Shown here: piece by piece, positions 48,928 through 64,000 of the stretch
How positions within the stretch are numbered: the first letter of the stretch is position 1
How the letters are laid out: every line of letters starts with the position of its first letter
Made by a program: the position numbers and the translations under genes
DNA from: the human T2T-CHM13v2.0 reference genome, Homo sapiens
Direction: 5' to 3' (one strand)
Length of the DNA: 64,000 nucleotides
Assembly: GCF_009914755.1 (NCBI RefSeq)
Contig: NC_060930.1
Notes under the pieces: generated by a model
The model's input: only the letters and a program-made list of their open reading frames with translations
Told to the model about the DNA's origin: nothing
The model's database searches: none

Positions 48928-50294
48928 TCAAGTAACACTGGATAAAATCCCATAGCAAAAATTTTAGGCGAATTATTTTAGATCAGATGGGCGTTATTCA
49001 AAATAAAGCATTTAAAACCTAATGTAACCAATATTCAATGTATAGCCAATTTTCATTTTATTTGATCTTATAAAATGTTTAAAATGTTTCTAGTCCTATT
49101 AACAAAAAGTACAATTGTATGCTAGCTGCTGGAGCAAATTAGTTTTCAGCAATATATGCCTTTCACTTTCATTAAGTACACAGGAAAAAGTGATTGTGAC
49201 TTCTAAATAACTGAATGAGCGTAATTTCTGCATTTTAATATTTGAGTCCTTTTCATTATTCTCTAAGGCTAAAAACCAGCACCCAATAGAGTTACGTACA
49301 TATATCGTCAGAAGGAATGCCATGTGTTTTCTTATATATCTCACTGAAAATAACATTTTTAGCTACATTATATTGCATTATTAAAATATAAATAATACTT
49401 TATAGCATTCCTTTTATTATCAGGATTAAAATAGAGATGAAAAATAACTATATTGACTCATACATTTTAATGATGCTGTTACTAATGTATCTATGTTCTG
49501 TAATTTATCAGTAATTTTCATAGCATTTCTCAAAATATATATTACATACTTATGTGAATTGAAAAATGAAATGAAAACACAGACTCTTTGACACAAAGTA
49601 TGGCTGAGTTGGCTGATTCATTTGACAGTGAAAACACTAGATTTGATAATTAGGTTATAAGACAGACTTTTTTCATAGATTAAAATTAACAATATTTCTA
49701 TTTCCCTCATCCTTCTGAGAACACAAGGTTTAAACAATGTACCTCTGAGTAAAATAATATAACAGGTACAGGTTCATAGATATTAGATAAGCTTTGTTAG
49801 TGTCCTTTTCGGGTATATAAGCTCAAAAATTAAATTATAGTCCTCTAAAGACTGGTAATGAATCTTCTTGCAAATCAGTCGTTTCTAATTTTTTCCATTT
49901 TACAAAATACAGATATGACCTAATTGAGTTGTCAGCTGATAAATCAAAACTTTTTTTGTGATAGATCACTGTGATTTTTTGCTTATAATTCACAAGGGAT
50001 GCAAACAGATGAGTGTTATCTACAAGTAAACTTTTTATATGCTCCTTTATTTTTTATAGAAACAAAAATACTTTAGGGCCATTATCCAATCCTTCAAATA
50101 GATAAGACAGCCAGAGTCTGCAGAATGTTAAGGGACCAAAAATGTAAAATAACCAACTAAATAAATTTAAAAAAAAAACTTCAAGAGAAAATGACAAAGG
50201 AAGATTTTTCTTAATAGACTGGATGCAATCCTCAGCCGGATCACGTGGCATCACTGAACCTCCACAGAAACTGAAGCTCACTGTATTTCTGTGG

Positions 50295-50752
50295 TGTGAT
50301 GGTGAATTTTGTGTGCCAATTTGGCTAGGCCATAGCGCCCAGGTGTTCAGTCAAACAGCAGTCTACATGTTGCAGTGACAGATTTTTTTTTTTTTTTTTT
50401 TTTGGTTGTCACAGTAGACTGTGAATAATGAAAATTATTTAATACTCTCTATAATGTAGTGGGCCTCATCCAAACAGTTGAAGGCCTAAAAGATTTTGGT
50501 TTCCCAAAGAAGCGGCAATTTTGCTTCAAGACTGCAACAAAGAAACACTGCCTAAGTTTCAGCCTGCAGAGTTTGGACTCAAGATGGTAGCATCAACTCT
50601 TGCCTGAGCTTCCAGTCTGCTAGCCTGCTCTACATATTTCAGACTTGTGAGCCCCACAATTGTGTGAGCCAATTAAAAAAAAACAAATCTCTTCCTCTCA
50701 CTCTAAATATATCCTATTGCTTCTGTTTCTCTGGAGAACTTTGACTAATACC
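50295..50752 (+). mobile_element. Older MLT2-family (MLT2D-like) solo LTR
   Basis: Starts tgtgatggtgaattttgtgtgccaa, ends ctgtttctctggagaactttgactaatac. Confidence 0.8.
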
Positions 50753-51845
50753 CCAGGAAAGGATGCTGCTGAGATCCCTGCTTTGTATAGGCTTTGGTGT
50801 ATAGTAAATTGCAACTGCTACTGACAGAAGAATTTGAATATGTAGCCTGTATTTGTCAGCCTCCTCCTGTTAATCACAGGTACTGCTGACAGCTCTCCAT
50901 AGATACATGTTCTGCATGCAGTGGCTAAAAGAGGCTGATGGGTGGGATCAACTGTATAGAACAAAGTTTGTCAGGAGAAATAATGAGATGCAGGTTTGAA
51001 TGTAGTGGTAGATATGAGGGGAAAAAAGCACCAAAGGTTAGTAGGTAAGACGGAATTAATTGACTGGTTTGGAAGAGGGGAAGAATAAGTGCCAAGTAGA
51101 TTGAGCCTTAGTACTGGATGAGTTTGCTGAGCCAATTAACTGCAAATCAATTTCTACTGTCCCAAGAAATTTCAGAAACGGTGATATGCCTGGGCTGCTG
51201 CAAAGAATCTACGGCTTGGGTAGTTCACAACTGAGTTGACCTGTCTTCCTCACTGTGCATTCCTTAGCTTTTCTCAAATGTAATCTGTATTTCTGAACAA
51301 TGATGGCTCAGAGGTTGGATGGAAATTTTTATATTGCCACAGATAATCCCCTTATGAATAACTGAGTGTTGACTACAGAAGTGACTTAACAGTTTAGCAA
51401 TCATTTTCTAATTCTACTTTATGGTTTCTTTGCCTACTTTGGAAATAGGCACTGGTAAATTAAATTGGACATCCTCACTGTAAATAGAAAAGCTGAGGAA
51501 ATATACACAGGCATGAAATATTCATGAGGATGCAATTCCCTAGAAATTTATAAGCAGTTCCCACTCCTATGTATTATAGAATTGAAATCTCAATTATACA
51601 AAGCCAGCTAATATAAGACAGGAAAATGACGCCAGGTAATCACAGTTACAGTAATAACACAGAAAGCATCACCATGAATATAAAACTTATGAGCCCTTGA
51701 AACCAATTTGCTTCCTGAATAGAAAATCAAAGTACAAAACATGACAGTATATGAATTGGAAAACTGTATTATAATAATATGAATACAAAAACCACTATTA
51801 GCTTAAGTATGTTCTCTCTATGCTGACCAATCCAAGCCTACCTAC

Positions 51846-51937
51846 TTTTTGAAAGATCAAGGGTATTCGCATTCCTGGTACTTTCCTCTGATCTTGTTCT
51901 AATAGCGCTGTCAATGGAACGCAAAAAAGACCAGAAT
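51846..51937 (-). CDS. ARHGAP18: ARHGAP18 coding exon: (D)SGLFCVPLTALLEQDQRKVPGMRIPLIFQK, start of the RhoGAP domain
   Basis: Acceptor cttgcag|ATTCTG, donor AAA|gtaggt; 92 nt, phase 1 to 0, in frame with the flanking exons; FxVPL motif typical of the RhoGAP N-terminus. Confidence 0.95.
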
Positions 51938-52299
51938 CTGCAAGAAAAAAAATGAAATTTCCTCACTTTTGTCAATCTATAAAATATTAATATAAAAATG
52001 TTAAAGCATAAGATTTCTGATACTGTCGATCAGACAACTATTTATTTAGCAACTACTAAGTGAATGACAGCATCTCAACATTATATATATGGTGGCCAAT
52101 AGTAAAATCCTGGCCCTGCCTTATAGAGGAATGTAGCAAGGAAAGACAACTAAACAAATGATTGCAAATAATTACCAACATAATTAGAAAAGTGCAAACT
52201 GCTGCATAAGAGAAACAGAGGGCTGTGAGAGCATGCAAAATATCCAAATAATTTACTAAATGTAATCAAATTAAAAATTCTTACTTAAAAGCAAATATT

Positions 52300-52609
<310 letters not shown>

Positions 52610-54320
52610 TCATTCATCTTTTCCATATTAAATAGACATTGAACACTTTACAATACAGCAAAATACAAATATTTGCTTTCTAAGAAATCAGACAAGATCA
52701 TGATCTTGTTCTACAAATGTTTCTCTTTAGAAAATAGATACTTGCTACTCTTAAATTTAACTTTGTGATTGTATATACTTAGAAATAGCTCCAGAAAAAA
52801 ATGATGGTAATAATTTACAATTTTTCTAAATTAAAATCATAGCCTTGAGTCTGGTATGAACATGGCTTCGACCAACACCTCCACCCTGCCCCCATCACTG
52901 AGTGGACGGTTAGCACCAAAGTGATAACTTTTTCCTTTATGACGTACATCAGCATGGAAATGAAAATCATCTGTGAACATGAAAAAGGGGATTATCTTGT
53001 GGTATGAGGACAGACATTGGATATTGTGACACTTAATCGAGATGCCATTCAAAAGAACGCCAGTAACCCAGTAAATAACTTTTCAGTTTGGGAATTCGGA
53101 AAAGATGCAATCTCAAGGATGCCAAGGGTCTAGGGTATAACATAAAATCAGTATCTTGGATAAGACAAACAGGTATTAAATAAAAATGGAAAGAAAGTCT
53201 ATTAACAGTGATAGCCTTGATATAAACAACTTAACGTTTCTTTGCCAGGATGCAATTCTAAAACATAAGAATTAAAAAAAAAAACTCTTAGCCACTTTAA
53301 AAATCTTGGGCACTGAACCACAACTGTTTAAATTGTATTTCTATTTTACGTTTGGAGAAGGCTTTGTGTAAGCTAAAATACTCAAAGGAACTAAGCACAG
53401 AATGAGGTCTTCTGGGGCCCAGCATGACAGGACCAGAAGGGAAGGTACACTTCAGTCCTACAGAGTAATTGCCTCTAAAACCTAAATCAGGTGAATACTT
53501 GTCTTTGTGAATGTTACCACAGCAATTCAATAATCCTCATTCTTGGTTTCTCTTTAGGAGATACTTCTAAGGTTAAACAAGAGGACAAAGATTCCTAAGG
53601 TAAAGCCTTGTCAACAGAGAATTATGTGGATTTCAATACCAATAAATTACTGGAGAAACAAAAACTGAAGAGGTATCTGTTCTCTATTATATCATTAAAA
53701 ATAAACTGTTTATTTAATGGGTAAAGCAAGGTACTTACAAAAAAAACAAAAAAAAAAAACCACTCCATATTTCCATGATGAGTACAATCTAGTGGTATTG
53801 TTTTGTCACAATGGTGGTATTTTCTTAATAGGGGAAAGAATGTCTTTGCAAAATAGGTAAAATTAGAATGTCCAGGAACAAAGGGGCAGACTACTAACTA
53901 GCCCATTTATTTGCTATCCAATGAATAACCAAAAGTAGTCACTTAGAATCAACTGTCTTAAAGTCATTTTTCAAGATCTGATTCTGGAAATAAATAAATA
54001 TGTGTACCAAATATGTATCTTTTTAAATATATAGTTTTTAAAGGAGAAAGCAAATGAGTTAAGAGTCCTTGCTTCAGAATTTCCTTCTATGAGAATTAAA
54101 TTCTTTGACTATGCCTTTATTCTCTATAGTCTAGGACACAGTGTATCTCTATCGTTATAAAACTTTTGAAGGCAACATCTTAGAATATAAACTTTAGATG
54201 TATTCAAGTGTTGGTTTATTTTGCAGGTGTTTTCCCTGTCTCCCAGAAATACTGCAAAAAAGCCAAGTCCATCCTTGCTATTTTAGAAATAAATCCAAGG
54301 GTTTATCATTTCATGATTAC

Positions 54321-54486
54321 CTTTTGTTTTGATTTTCACAGCTTTTTGTTGTTTCAGCTCAATACCCAATACATCATAGAGGGCAGTCAGCTCAATTAGG
54401 GCTAAATGGCAAACTTTCTTCATGTCCTGGGGTGCGAGGTCACCAATCCTTGTGGTACCCGTTTTGTCTTTTGGCAATCTGAAACT
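54321..54486 (-). CDS. ARHGAP18: ARHGAP18 coding exon (probably exon 6 of 15): SFRLPKDKTGTTRIGDLAPQDMKKVCHLALIELTALYDVLGIELKQQKAVKIKTK(D)
   Basis: Acceptor ttttag|AGTTTC, donor AAAG|gtaatc; 166 nt (55 codons + 1). Peptide recognised as ARHGAP18; overlaps track ORF 54283..54477. Upstream exons lie outside the window. Confidence 0.95.
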
Positions 54487-54835
54487 CTAAAATAAACATC
54501 ATTAATATAGTAAAAGCTTACAGTACCTAACCTCCATTGTAATGCAGGAAGGAAAAACCAACTACAGAAAGAAGTTATACTCAGAATAAGTGATAAGAAA
54601 AGCCACAGAATTTCTCCAGTCAGAATGAAGAGTGATCCTGTCATGATGACGACCCCTAAAGCTGTGGAGGGTTCGGGAGTCAACTTCCAAAGTCTGACAG
54701 ACAACGGGAACAGACCGCAAACTCGGAGTATTAATACCAGTGGCTCAGAGGGCAAGAGAGACAGTGAACCAGGAGAAAAAGACTTCTAGTTAAGTGACCT
54801 TCAGAAAAGGATGGCTAGAAGTCAAGCACAATCCA

Positions 54836-56395
54836 TGAGGGGGAAGGGGAAGAAGAGGTGGGAAGGGAAGGGGAGAAGGAAGGGGAGAGAGAGGGGGAGG
54901 GGAGGGGGAAAAGAAAGAGGAGGGGGAAAGAAAGAAGGAGGGGGAGGGGAAAAGGGGAAGAAAAGGGGGAGGGGAGGACAGGGGGAGGGAAAAGGGGGAG
55001 GGAAAAGGGGGAGGGAAAGGGGGAGGGAAAGGGGGAGGGGAAAAGGGGGAGGTGAGGGAAAAAGAAGAGGAAAAAGGGGAGGAAAAGGGGGAGGGGAGGG
55101 AGGGGGAGGGGAGGAGGGAGAGGGAAAAAGGAGAGGAAAAAGGGGAGAGAAAAAAGGGGAGGGGAAACGGGAGGGGAAATGGGAGGCAAAAGGGGAGGGG
55201 AAGGGGAGGGGAAAGGGGAGGGGAAAGGGAGGAGAAACGGGAATGGAAGGGGAGGAGAAAGGGGAGGGGAAGGGGAGGGGAAAGAGAAGGGGGAAAACAG
55301 AGGAAGAGGATGAAGGGGAAGGGGGAAAACAGAGGGAGAGGATGAAGGGGAAGGGGGAGGTTGGAGGGGAGGGGGAGGTTGGAGGGGAGGGGGACGTGGA
55401 GGGGATGGGGAGGTGGAGGGGATGGGGAGGTGGAGGGGAGGGGGAGGCGAAGGGGGATGGGGAAGGGGGATGGGGGTGGGGAAGGGGGAGGGGGAGGGGA
55501 TGGGGAGGGGGGAGGGGAGGGGGATAGGGAAGGGGGATGGGGTGGGGAAGGGGGAGGGGAGGGGGAGGGGAAGGGGAAGAGGAGGGGAAGGGGAGGGGAA
55601 GGGGAGGGGAAGGGGAGGGGAAGGGGAGGGGAAGGGGAGGGGAAGGGTGGAAGGGGGATGGGGAAGGGGGAAGGGGGATGAGGAAGGGGGAAGGGGGATG
55701 GGGAAGGGGGATAGGGAAGGGGGATGGGGAAGGGGGATGGGGAAGGGGGATGGGGAAGGGGGATGGGGAAGGGGGATGGGGAAGGGGGGAAGGGGGATGG
55801 GGAAGGGGGATGGGGAAGGGGGAAGGTCGATGGGGAAGGGGGATGGGGAAGGGGGATGGGGAAGGGGGGAAGGGGGATGGGGAAGGGGGATGGGGAAGGG
55901 GGAAGGTCGATGGGGAAGGGGGATGGGAAGGGGAGGGGAAGGGTGGAAGGGGGATGGGGAAGGGGAGGGGAAGGGTGGAAGGGGGATGGGGAAGGGGGAT
56001 GGGGAAGGGGGATGGGGAAGGGGGGCAGGGGGATGGGGAAGGGGGATGGGGAAGGGGGATGGGGAAGGGGGATGGGGAAGAGGAGATGGGGAAGGGGGGA
56101 TGGGGAAGGGAGATGGGGAAGGGGAGGGGGAGGGGGAAGGGGAGGGGGAGGGGGAAGGGGGATGGGGAGGGGGAGGAGGAAGGGGGATGGGGAGGGGGAG
56201 GGGGAAACGGGGACAGTGAAGGGGAAGGGAAGGGGGAGGGAAAAGGAGATGAGAAGGGGAGAGAGAAAAGGAAGGGGAGTGGGCAAGGGGAGAGGGAAAA
56301 GGAAGGGGAGCAGGGAAGGGGAGAGGGAAAATGAAGGGGAGGGGACGGGAAGGGGATGGGGGAGGGGGAGGGGGAAACAGAGGAAGATGACATGA
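54836..56395 (+). repeat. G-rich polypurine tract of about 1.56 kb with a core GGGGGATGGGGAA (13-mer) minisatellite
   Basis: Almost only G and A on the plus strand; 13-bp unit repeated over about 55650-56120. Confidence 0.95.
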
Positions 56396-56784
56396 AGAAG
56401 ACAAGTAGGGGGGAGAGAAAGAGGAATACTAGCCATGAGTGTATGCTTAGAACATGCCAGGTACCCTTCACATACACTTATGTATCTTTTAATTGTCACA
56501 AAAGCCAAGTAAGATTGGTCCAGAAAGGCTACAGCCCATTGGGGTAAGAGGGACACAGGGGAAACGAAGAGCATGGACTTCAGAGCTTACCAGTCACCTA
56601 TCTACTTACTAGTTGTGTGACTTATGGCAATGGCTTAACCTTTACTTCTGTAAAATGGGAGATGGAGGGGGAGGGAAAGGAGGAGAAGGGCAACAAAAAG
56701 AAGAGGATGGGCCACTGAATTCAGAGGGCTATTGTGAGATTTAGTGCCCAGCACTGCCCAAGTGCTTTTATGTGGTTGCTACTG

Positions 56785-57099
56785 CAGGTTGAGTACACCT
56801 CATCCAAACTGCTTGAGACCAGAAGTGCTCTGGATTTCAGATTTTGAAATATTTGTATATACACAATGAGACATCTTGGGATGGGTCCCAAGTCTAAACA
56901 CAAAATTCATTTATGTTTCATATACACATAGCCTGAAGGCAATTTTACAAAATATTTTAACTAATTTGAATGAAACTAATTTTGTGTTAAGTACTTATGT
57001 GTGGGATTTTTCACTTGTGGCATCATGCCAGTGCTCAAAAAGGTTCTGATTTTGGAACATTTAGGATTTTGGATTTTTGGATTAGGGATACTCAACTTG
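56785..57099. mobile_element. Tigger4/MER46-type (TcMar) non-autonomous DNA transposon
   Basis: Terminal inverted repeats caggttgagta ... tactcaacttg followed by TA. Confidence 0.8.
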
Positions 57100-57478
57100 T
57101 ATATTACTTTCACTGCTGAATAAAGTGGGACTAAGATGTTGCTTCATAATCACAAGCACATGGTGTGTTTTTCTGCCTTTCTCAAATATCATCTTTTAAT
57201 ATTAAACACATTAAACATCAGAAAGCAAACCACAAGATAAAAAGGCAAATTTCACTAGTGTGTACATTTAATACAAATTACAATTCCATTGTGTTTACCT
57301 ATTACTAAAACTGATCATTCTCTTACAGTTTGGGTTTACCTTTGAATTTTTCATTTAATTCAATTGCTGATTAGCTGATTTTACTGCATCTATTTTATTC
57401 CCTTTGCTTTGGTACTTCTTGCGTCTTATCATTAACACTTCATCGTCTAAATGCTAGGGCAAAAGACATGTCCTAAAG

Positions 57479-57960
57479 CAGTAATTCTCAAAGTGTAGTC
57501 CAGGGACCATTGGGGGTATCCAATATCCTTCCAAAAAGTTCAGAACTATTTTAATAATTAGTAATGAGGCATTATTTTGCCTTTTACACTCTCATTCTCT
57601 CGTGAGTATAGTTTTCCAGATGTAAATGAGTGCTACTGCAACAGACTGAATGCAAACGTAAATATGATAATCCAGCTGACTTCAACTAAAGCCAGACATT
57701 ACAGACTCACTAAAATTAAAACCATGATACACTTAATCTTCTTTAGAAAATATGGCTATTTTCCATTTTGAGAAAAAGATATTTATGTTAACTATAATAT
57801 TGTTATATTAAATGGATTAATATTTTTTCAATTTCTCAATTTTATTTTCAGATATGGTAAGTGTCCATAGGTATAACCCACATAAACAGAAGGTTTTTGA
57901 GGCCCTTAATAATTTTTAAGTGTATGAAGGAGTTGTGAGATGAAAATGTTGGAGTCAGTC
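57479..57960. mobile_element. hAT-Charlie family DNA transposon relic
   Basis: Starts cagtaattctcaaagtg; 8-bp TSD tcctaaag (57471-57478) / tcctacag (57961-57968). Confidence 0.7.
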
Positions 57961-58189
57961 TCCTACAGCAACTCGTAAAACCTATGACTTTTAGTAAGTG
58001 AGAAACTAATTCCCTTTAAGCAAACTCAATTCAAAAGAGAGCCTTCAGGTCCACTGTAAGAGGAAAGGGGTCTTTCTTAACCGTTCGTAATGTGTTTTTT
58101 TTCCTAGGAGAACATCAAATAAACAGCAATGGACATCACTGAAGATGGGGCCTAAGCAAATTTCCAGCAGGGGGCAGGATGGCCTCCAT

Positions 58190-58380
58190 GGGGCACTGCA
58201 CAGGGCTCAAGAGAGTGGAGTCAGACTACAGGTGGCAAATGCTGTTTCCATCACTTACTATGTGACCTTTGGCAAACAATGTCCCCTTCTGTGCCTTAGC
58301 CTCCTCATCTGTAGAATGAGAACAACTGAACCTAACTTACAAGGTTGTGGCGAAGATCAAATGATAAATAGCACTCAAAA
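58190..58380 (+). mobile_element. MIR
   Basis: ggagtcagac...acttactatgtgacctttggcaa...cctcctcatctgtagaatgagaa. Confidence 0.7.
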
Positions 58381-59442
58381 AGTATTACATACTATATTTT
58401 TTTCATGGAGCTTTTAAAATAATATCAACATTTCATGGTCTTCCTTTATTCTTATGTGTCATGGCAAGGTAAGAAAAAAATGATAATAATAATTCTCTTA
58501 TCGAAAAACAGTTCATTTAATCCTTCAAAAGTCCTAATAAGAATTATTACAGCATCTTCTAGGTGGGGAAACTGAGACTCAGTTAAGTGCCTTAAACATG
58601 GCCACAAAGCCAGTGATGTCATGAAGATGCAAATTCAGTTCTCCTAAATCGTTAAGTTTTGTAACCATTCTGTTCTACTCCATTTTTCCCATCCACCAGA
58701 GTAGGCAGGGAGATATCTAGGTTGATAGGTGTTGATGTGGTACTGTGAGCCCCTCAAGGAGAGGAGCCACTTCTTAATCACTTCCGTAACGCTGTTGTAC
58801 CACAGACCTGACACACTATGGGTGGTCTGTCATGGTCCACTAAATGAATGGAGACACACATCCTACAGGGAGGCGAGCACAGAATCAAACTCAATGAGGT
58901 GGAGGGCCATTGGCTTCGTGTTCCCCTGATTTTCTGTGATTTCTACTGAGTTTTCCTTTTTAAAAATCACACAAAACTGGTCACATTTTTCCCATGTTTG
59001 GTCCTATATTTCTGCTAATTGCTTCATTTTCTGAATGCTGAACCAACCATATTTACCTTTTTTTTAAGCCCTAAATGTTTCATTAAAATCAGTTGCTTTG
59101 GGTCTAATAAGTCAAACACATGTAATACAGCCGTTTAAAGCATTACCCAAGGTAAATGTTTACAGAATCCTGAAATATTATTAATTCAAACATTTGATTT
59201 ACCTAGCGATATATGTCATGAGCTTATTTATTTATTTAAACATTGTGCTTAATGAAGGAGTTAGTTCTTTATCCCAATGTTTAATTCATAGCAGCAGCTT
59301 TAAATATTTATGAAGTTTCCTGTCGTTTTTTGTTTAGTTAATAGACTGAATGGTTCAGTTCATTGGCTAAGAGAAAGCAGTGAAATTTCAGCAAGAGAAA
59401 AGTTCTCTACCTCTTGAAAAATGTGTTTAAAGAAAATAAGAA

Positions 59443-59748
<306 letters not shown>

Positions 59749-60969
59749 GGAAAAAGAAAAGAATAAAAATTTTCAAAAAAAAATGTAAGGTCATTGATTC
59801 CCATGTGTTACCATAAATTAACTAGGTAGCTTTCCCTGGCGTGTTGCTCTTTTGTAGGATTTGCATGAGGGGCCCCTTAGGCATTTCATCACTAATAATA
59901 AACTTGACTTTTTTACTCATCAGATCACTCTAGCTTTGACTTGGAAAGCAAGAGAAAGGATTCAAAAGCTTAGTCATTAATGTCAAGCCTCAGCATGTCA
60001 AGTTACCTCTCTAACATGTTTCCATGTATGAAAAATAGGGGTGTCTACCTCCTAGAGGTCATCTAATAAATAATTACAGAGCATAATTTCTGAGATATAA
60101 CATGTATACACTAAGTAGCTAAATTTTCAAACTAAAGCAAATTAAAGGTTATAAAACCTGATCTCCAAATTTAAGAGGAGAAATTTGAATCCACGATGAG
60201 AGATCATAAAGAATTGACAAAGGTTGCTCGATGCTGTGAGGAAAAGGAAGTGAATATGAAATGAGGTCAACAGAGAACAATGTATTACATAAAGCCTACT
60301 GCTTATTTACAGAAGTAGAGGAGCATGGAACAGAAATGGAACTTAAGGTTTTATCTACTTAGACACCTGCCTCAGAGTAGTGAATACAAATCTTACTTTT
60401 TCAACCATGGGAAAGACTTGTAGAAATTTAACAATGAGTCCATACCTTCTAGAAGACAAACGGACTAAAAAAGAGTTTCTATAGATGAGTATATGCATAT
60501 TTGCATAAAAAAATACATGGACAGATTAACAATAATGTCTAAAGCATGCAACCTAAATCAAAGGTGATTTCATATATTTATTTGATCTAATATAAGTTCA
60601 CGATCAGGAAAGACTGAACAGGAAAACTGATCTTGAGCTAGTCTCTGAAGAATAGATTAAAGTTTCCTTGGCAAATATGGAACAACAGAGGGGTAGAAAT
60701 GGAGAGGTCATTTTAAACTTTGGGCACAACTTGAATATAATTAAGAAGGTAGGTGAAGGTAAATTAGTTAAACAGAGAAGAAAATGGCAGAGGGAGTTTT
60801 GTTTTGAAAGCTCTCAAGTGGAGATGAATTATATTTCATTCCACTGTTTGAGTCAACAACTTAAAAGCCAACAATGACTTCATTTTGTTTAATTAGATTC
60901 TACTGTCCTTCAATTTAAAACCTTTCCATATTTTGTGATGAAGACTGTCACTTTGAAAACATACTTATT

Positions 60970-61268
60970 GGCCAGGCACAGTGGCTCATACCTGTAATCC
61001 CAGCACTTTGGGAGGCTGAGGCAGGCGGATCACAAGGTCAGGAGTTCGAGACCAGCCTGGCCAACGTGGTGAAGCCCCGTCTCTACTAAAAATACAAAAA
61101 ATTAGCCAGGCATGGTGGCATGTGCCTGCAATCCCTGCTACTCGGGAGGCTGAGGCAGGAGACTCACTTAAACCCAGGAGGTGGAGTTTGCAGTGAGCCA
61201 AGATGGTGCCTGGGTGACAGAGCGAGATTCCATCTCGAGAAAAACAAAAAACAAACACACACAAAAAA
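60970..61268 (+). mobile_element. AluS element
   Basis: Full Alu with a small right-arm deletion. Confidence 0.92.
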
Positions 61269-61349
61269 CCATACTTTTCCTGAGGATAGTCTGGCAGAGT
61301 GGATCATCATTTTAGGCCACACTTGCATACTCTTTTACTTTTCCCATTA

Positions 61350-62729
<1,380 letters not shown>

Positions 62730-64000
62730 AGAAAAGCCTGGAAACAATTCAGATGTCCGCCATAGGGGGACTGACTCAATAAATTATGATACATCTGTAC
62801 AATGGAGTACAATGTATCTAATAAAAAGAAGTGAGAAATATTTCTCTATACTACTATGGTATGATTTCCACAATACACCACTAAGTCAACAAAACAAAAA
62901 TCAAGGTGGAAGAAACTGTGCATAGTGAGCTACCAGTTACCTAGGAGCAGAAGGATAAACCATGATATTAAAAGGAAAGAAAGTTTGCCACTAAGAGGAG
63001 GGATTGAATAGGTTGGTAGCTGAAGGATAAAAGCTAGATTTTTAATACACTTTGTTTTTCGACTTTACTATTGGACTATATAAGTATTTTACATACTTAT
63101 AAGCCAAAATGAAATTTCAAGAAAAGCAATCTCTAAAAATTGAAAATAAAATAAAGCAAATTAACCAAACCAGGTATGCAGCTGATGGCTTAACGATACA
63201 AAGAGTAACAATCCTAAGCAACCTAAAACACAATAATTTTACTGTATAAAATCCCTTTTAGGATGTACCCCCAAAACACACACACATACACACACACACA
63301 CACACAGACAAATAGAAAAAAAAAGAAAAACAAGTTTAAACCATTTCTAGTAATCATATTGTTGATGGTAGTATTAGCATATTCTGAGAATGCTGTGCAT
63401 TAACTTAGGATGAAGCAAACATGCAATTATGTGATATTCTAAATATATCATCTGCCATTTCCTGAGAACTACAATTCACAGCATGGAAGACAGAAGATGC
63501 TCATGTACGTCTGTCCTCTGAAAAGGCTCAAAAGTAATGACCAGCTCAGAGAAATGAACACTTCTAGAGTCCTGATCATAGTCACAAAAGTCTATTTCTA
63601 CTAAACGGAATCAGAGTTTCCTGCAGAAACATATCAGTCTAGGTCTGGAACAGAAAATACACCAGACAAGCCTGTAAAATCTTGTCCAGGATCACATCAA
63701 ATATGTGTAAATCCATGAGTTAAGACTATTTTTACAAATATATATAATTCCGTGAGTTAAGACTATATTTTACAAAGCAAATTAAAACATTAATTGGTCA
63801 CAGGTGAAAACTGTTAATAAGTCAACAATTTCTGAAAACAAATAGAAAGTAAAAATGACCACTTTCAGAAGGTTGTTCTCAAAGAAATATCCAAATTAAT
63901 AAATAAAAAGAAAATATTAGATCATAATTTTGTAACCATTAATAAATTAATGGATCCAGGTATTGATCAGCAACAGCTGCTACATTGACAAAAAAAGAAA
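62730..64000 (+). mobile_element. Old L1M (L1ME/MC/MD-like) 3' fragments
   Basis: ctggaaacaattcagatgtcc...aataaattatgatacatctgtacaatggagtac, typical L1M 3' text. Confidence 0.55.

Noticed and set aside
54790-56574. Long Pro/Ser-rich and Gly/Arg/Glu-rich ORFs (up to 594 aa) on both strands
   Set aside because: Artefacts of the G/A-rich repeat, which lacks stop codons; they are open in nearly all frames with low-complexity translations.
63712-63776. Direct repeat of about 27 bp (tcc(a/g)tgagttaagacta..tttacaaa)
   Set aside because: Only two copies, inside an old L1 fragment; an ordinary local duplication, not an array.

Overview
Primate (very likely human) genomic DNA. The window holds the 3' part of ARHGAP18 (a RhoA GAP) on the minus strand. 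I mapped ten coding exons by hand from 54486 down to 14149, all with GT-AG boundaries and matching phases. Together they are 1206 nt (401 aa plus TAG) and contain the whole RhoGAP domain; an approximately 2.4 kb 3' UTR follows. Downstream of the gene are a solo THE1 LTR and a full-length but disabled L1PA7-like LINE-1 in convergent orientation. The introns contain about 20 Alus, L2/MIR/L1 relics, DNA transposon relics, a 1.56 kb G-rich purine minisatellite and a roughly 1 kb almost pure AT tract. The most unusual structure is an intronic LTR element in the gene's sense orientation with mismatched ends: an ERVL-type MLT2A LTR joined at the primer-binding-site region to a THE1 (MaLR) internal sequence and THE1 3' LTR. 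Both LTRs carry perfect DUX4 motifs. Repeat subfamily calls come from remembered consensus sequences, not a database search, and repeat boundaries are approximate.
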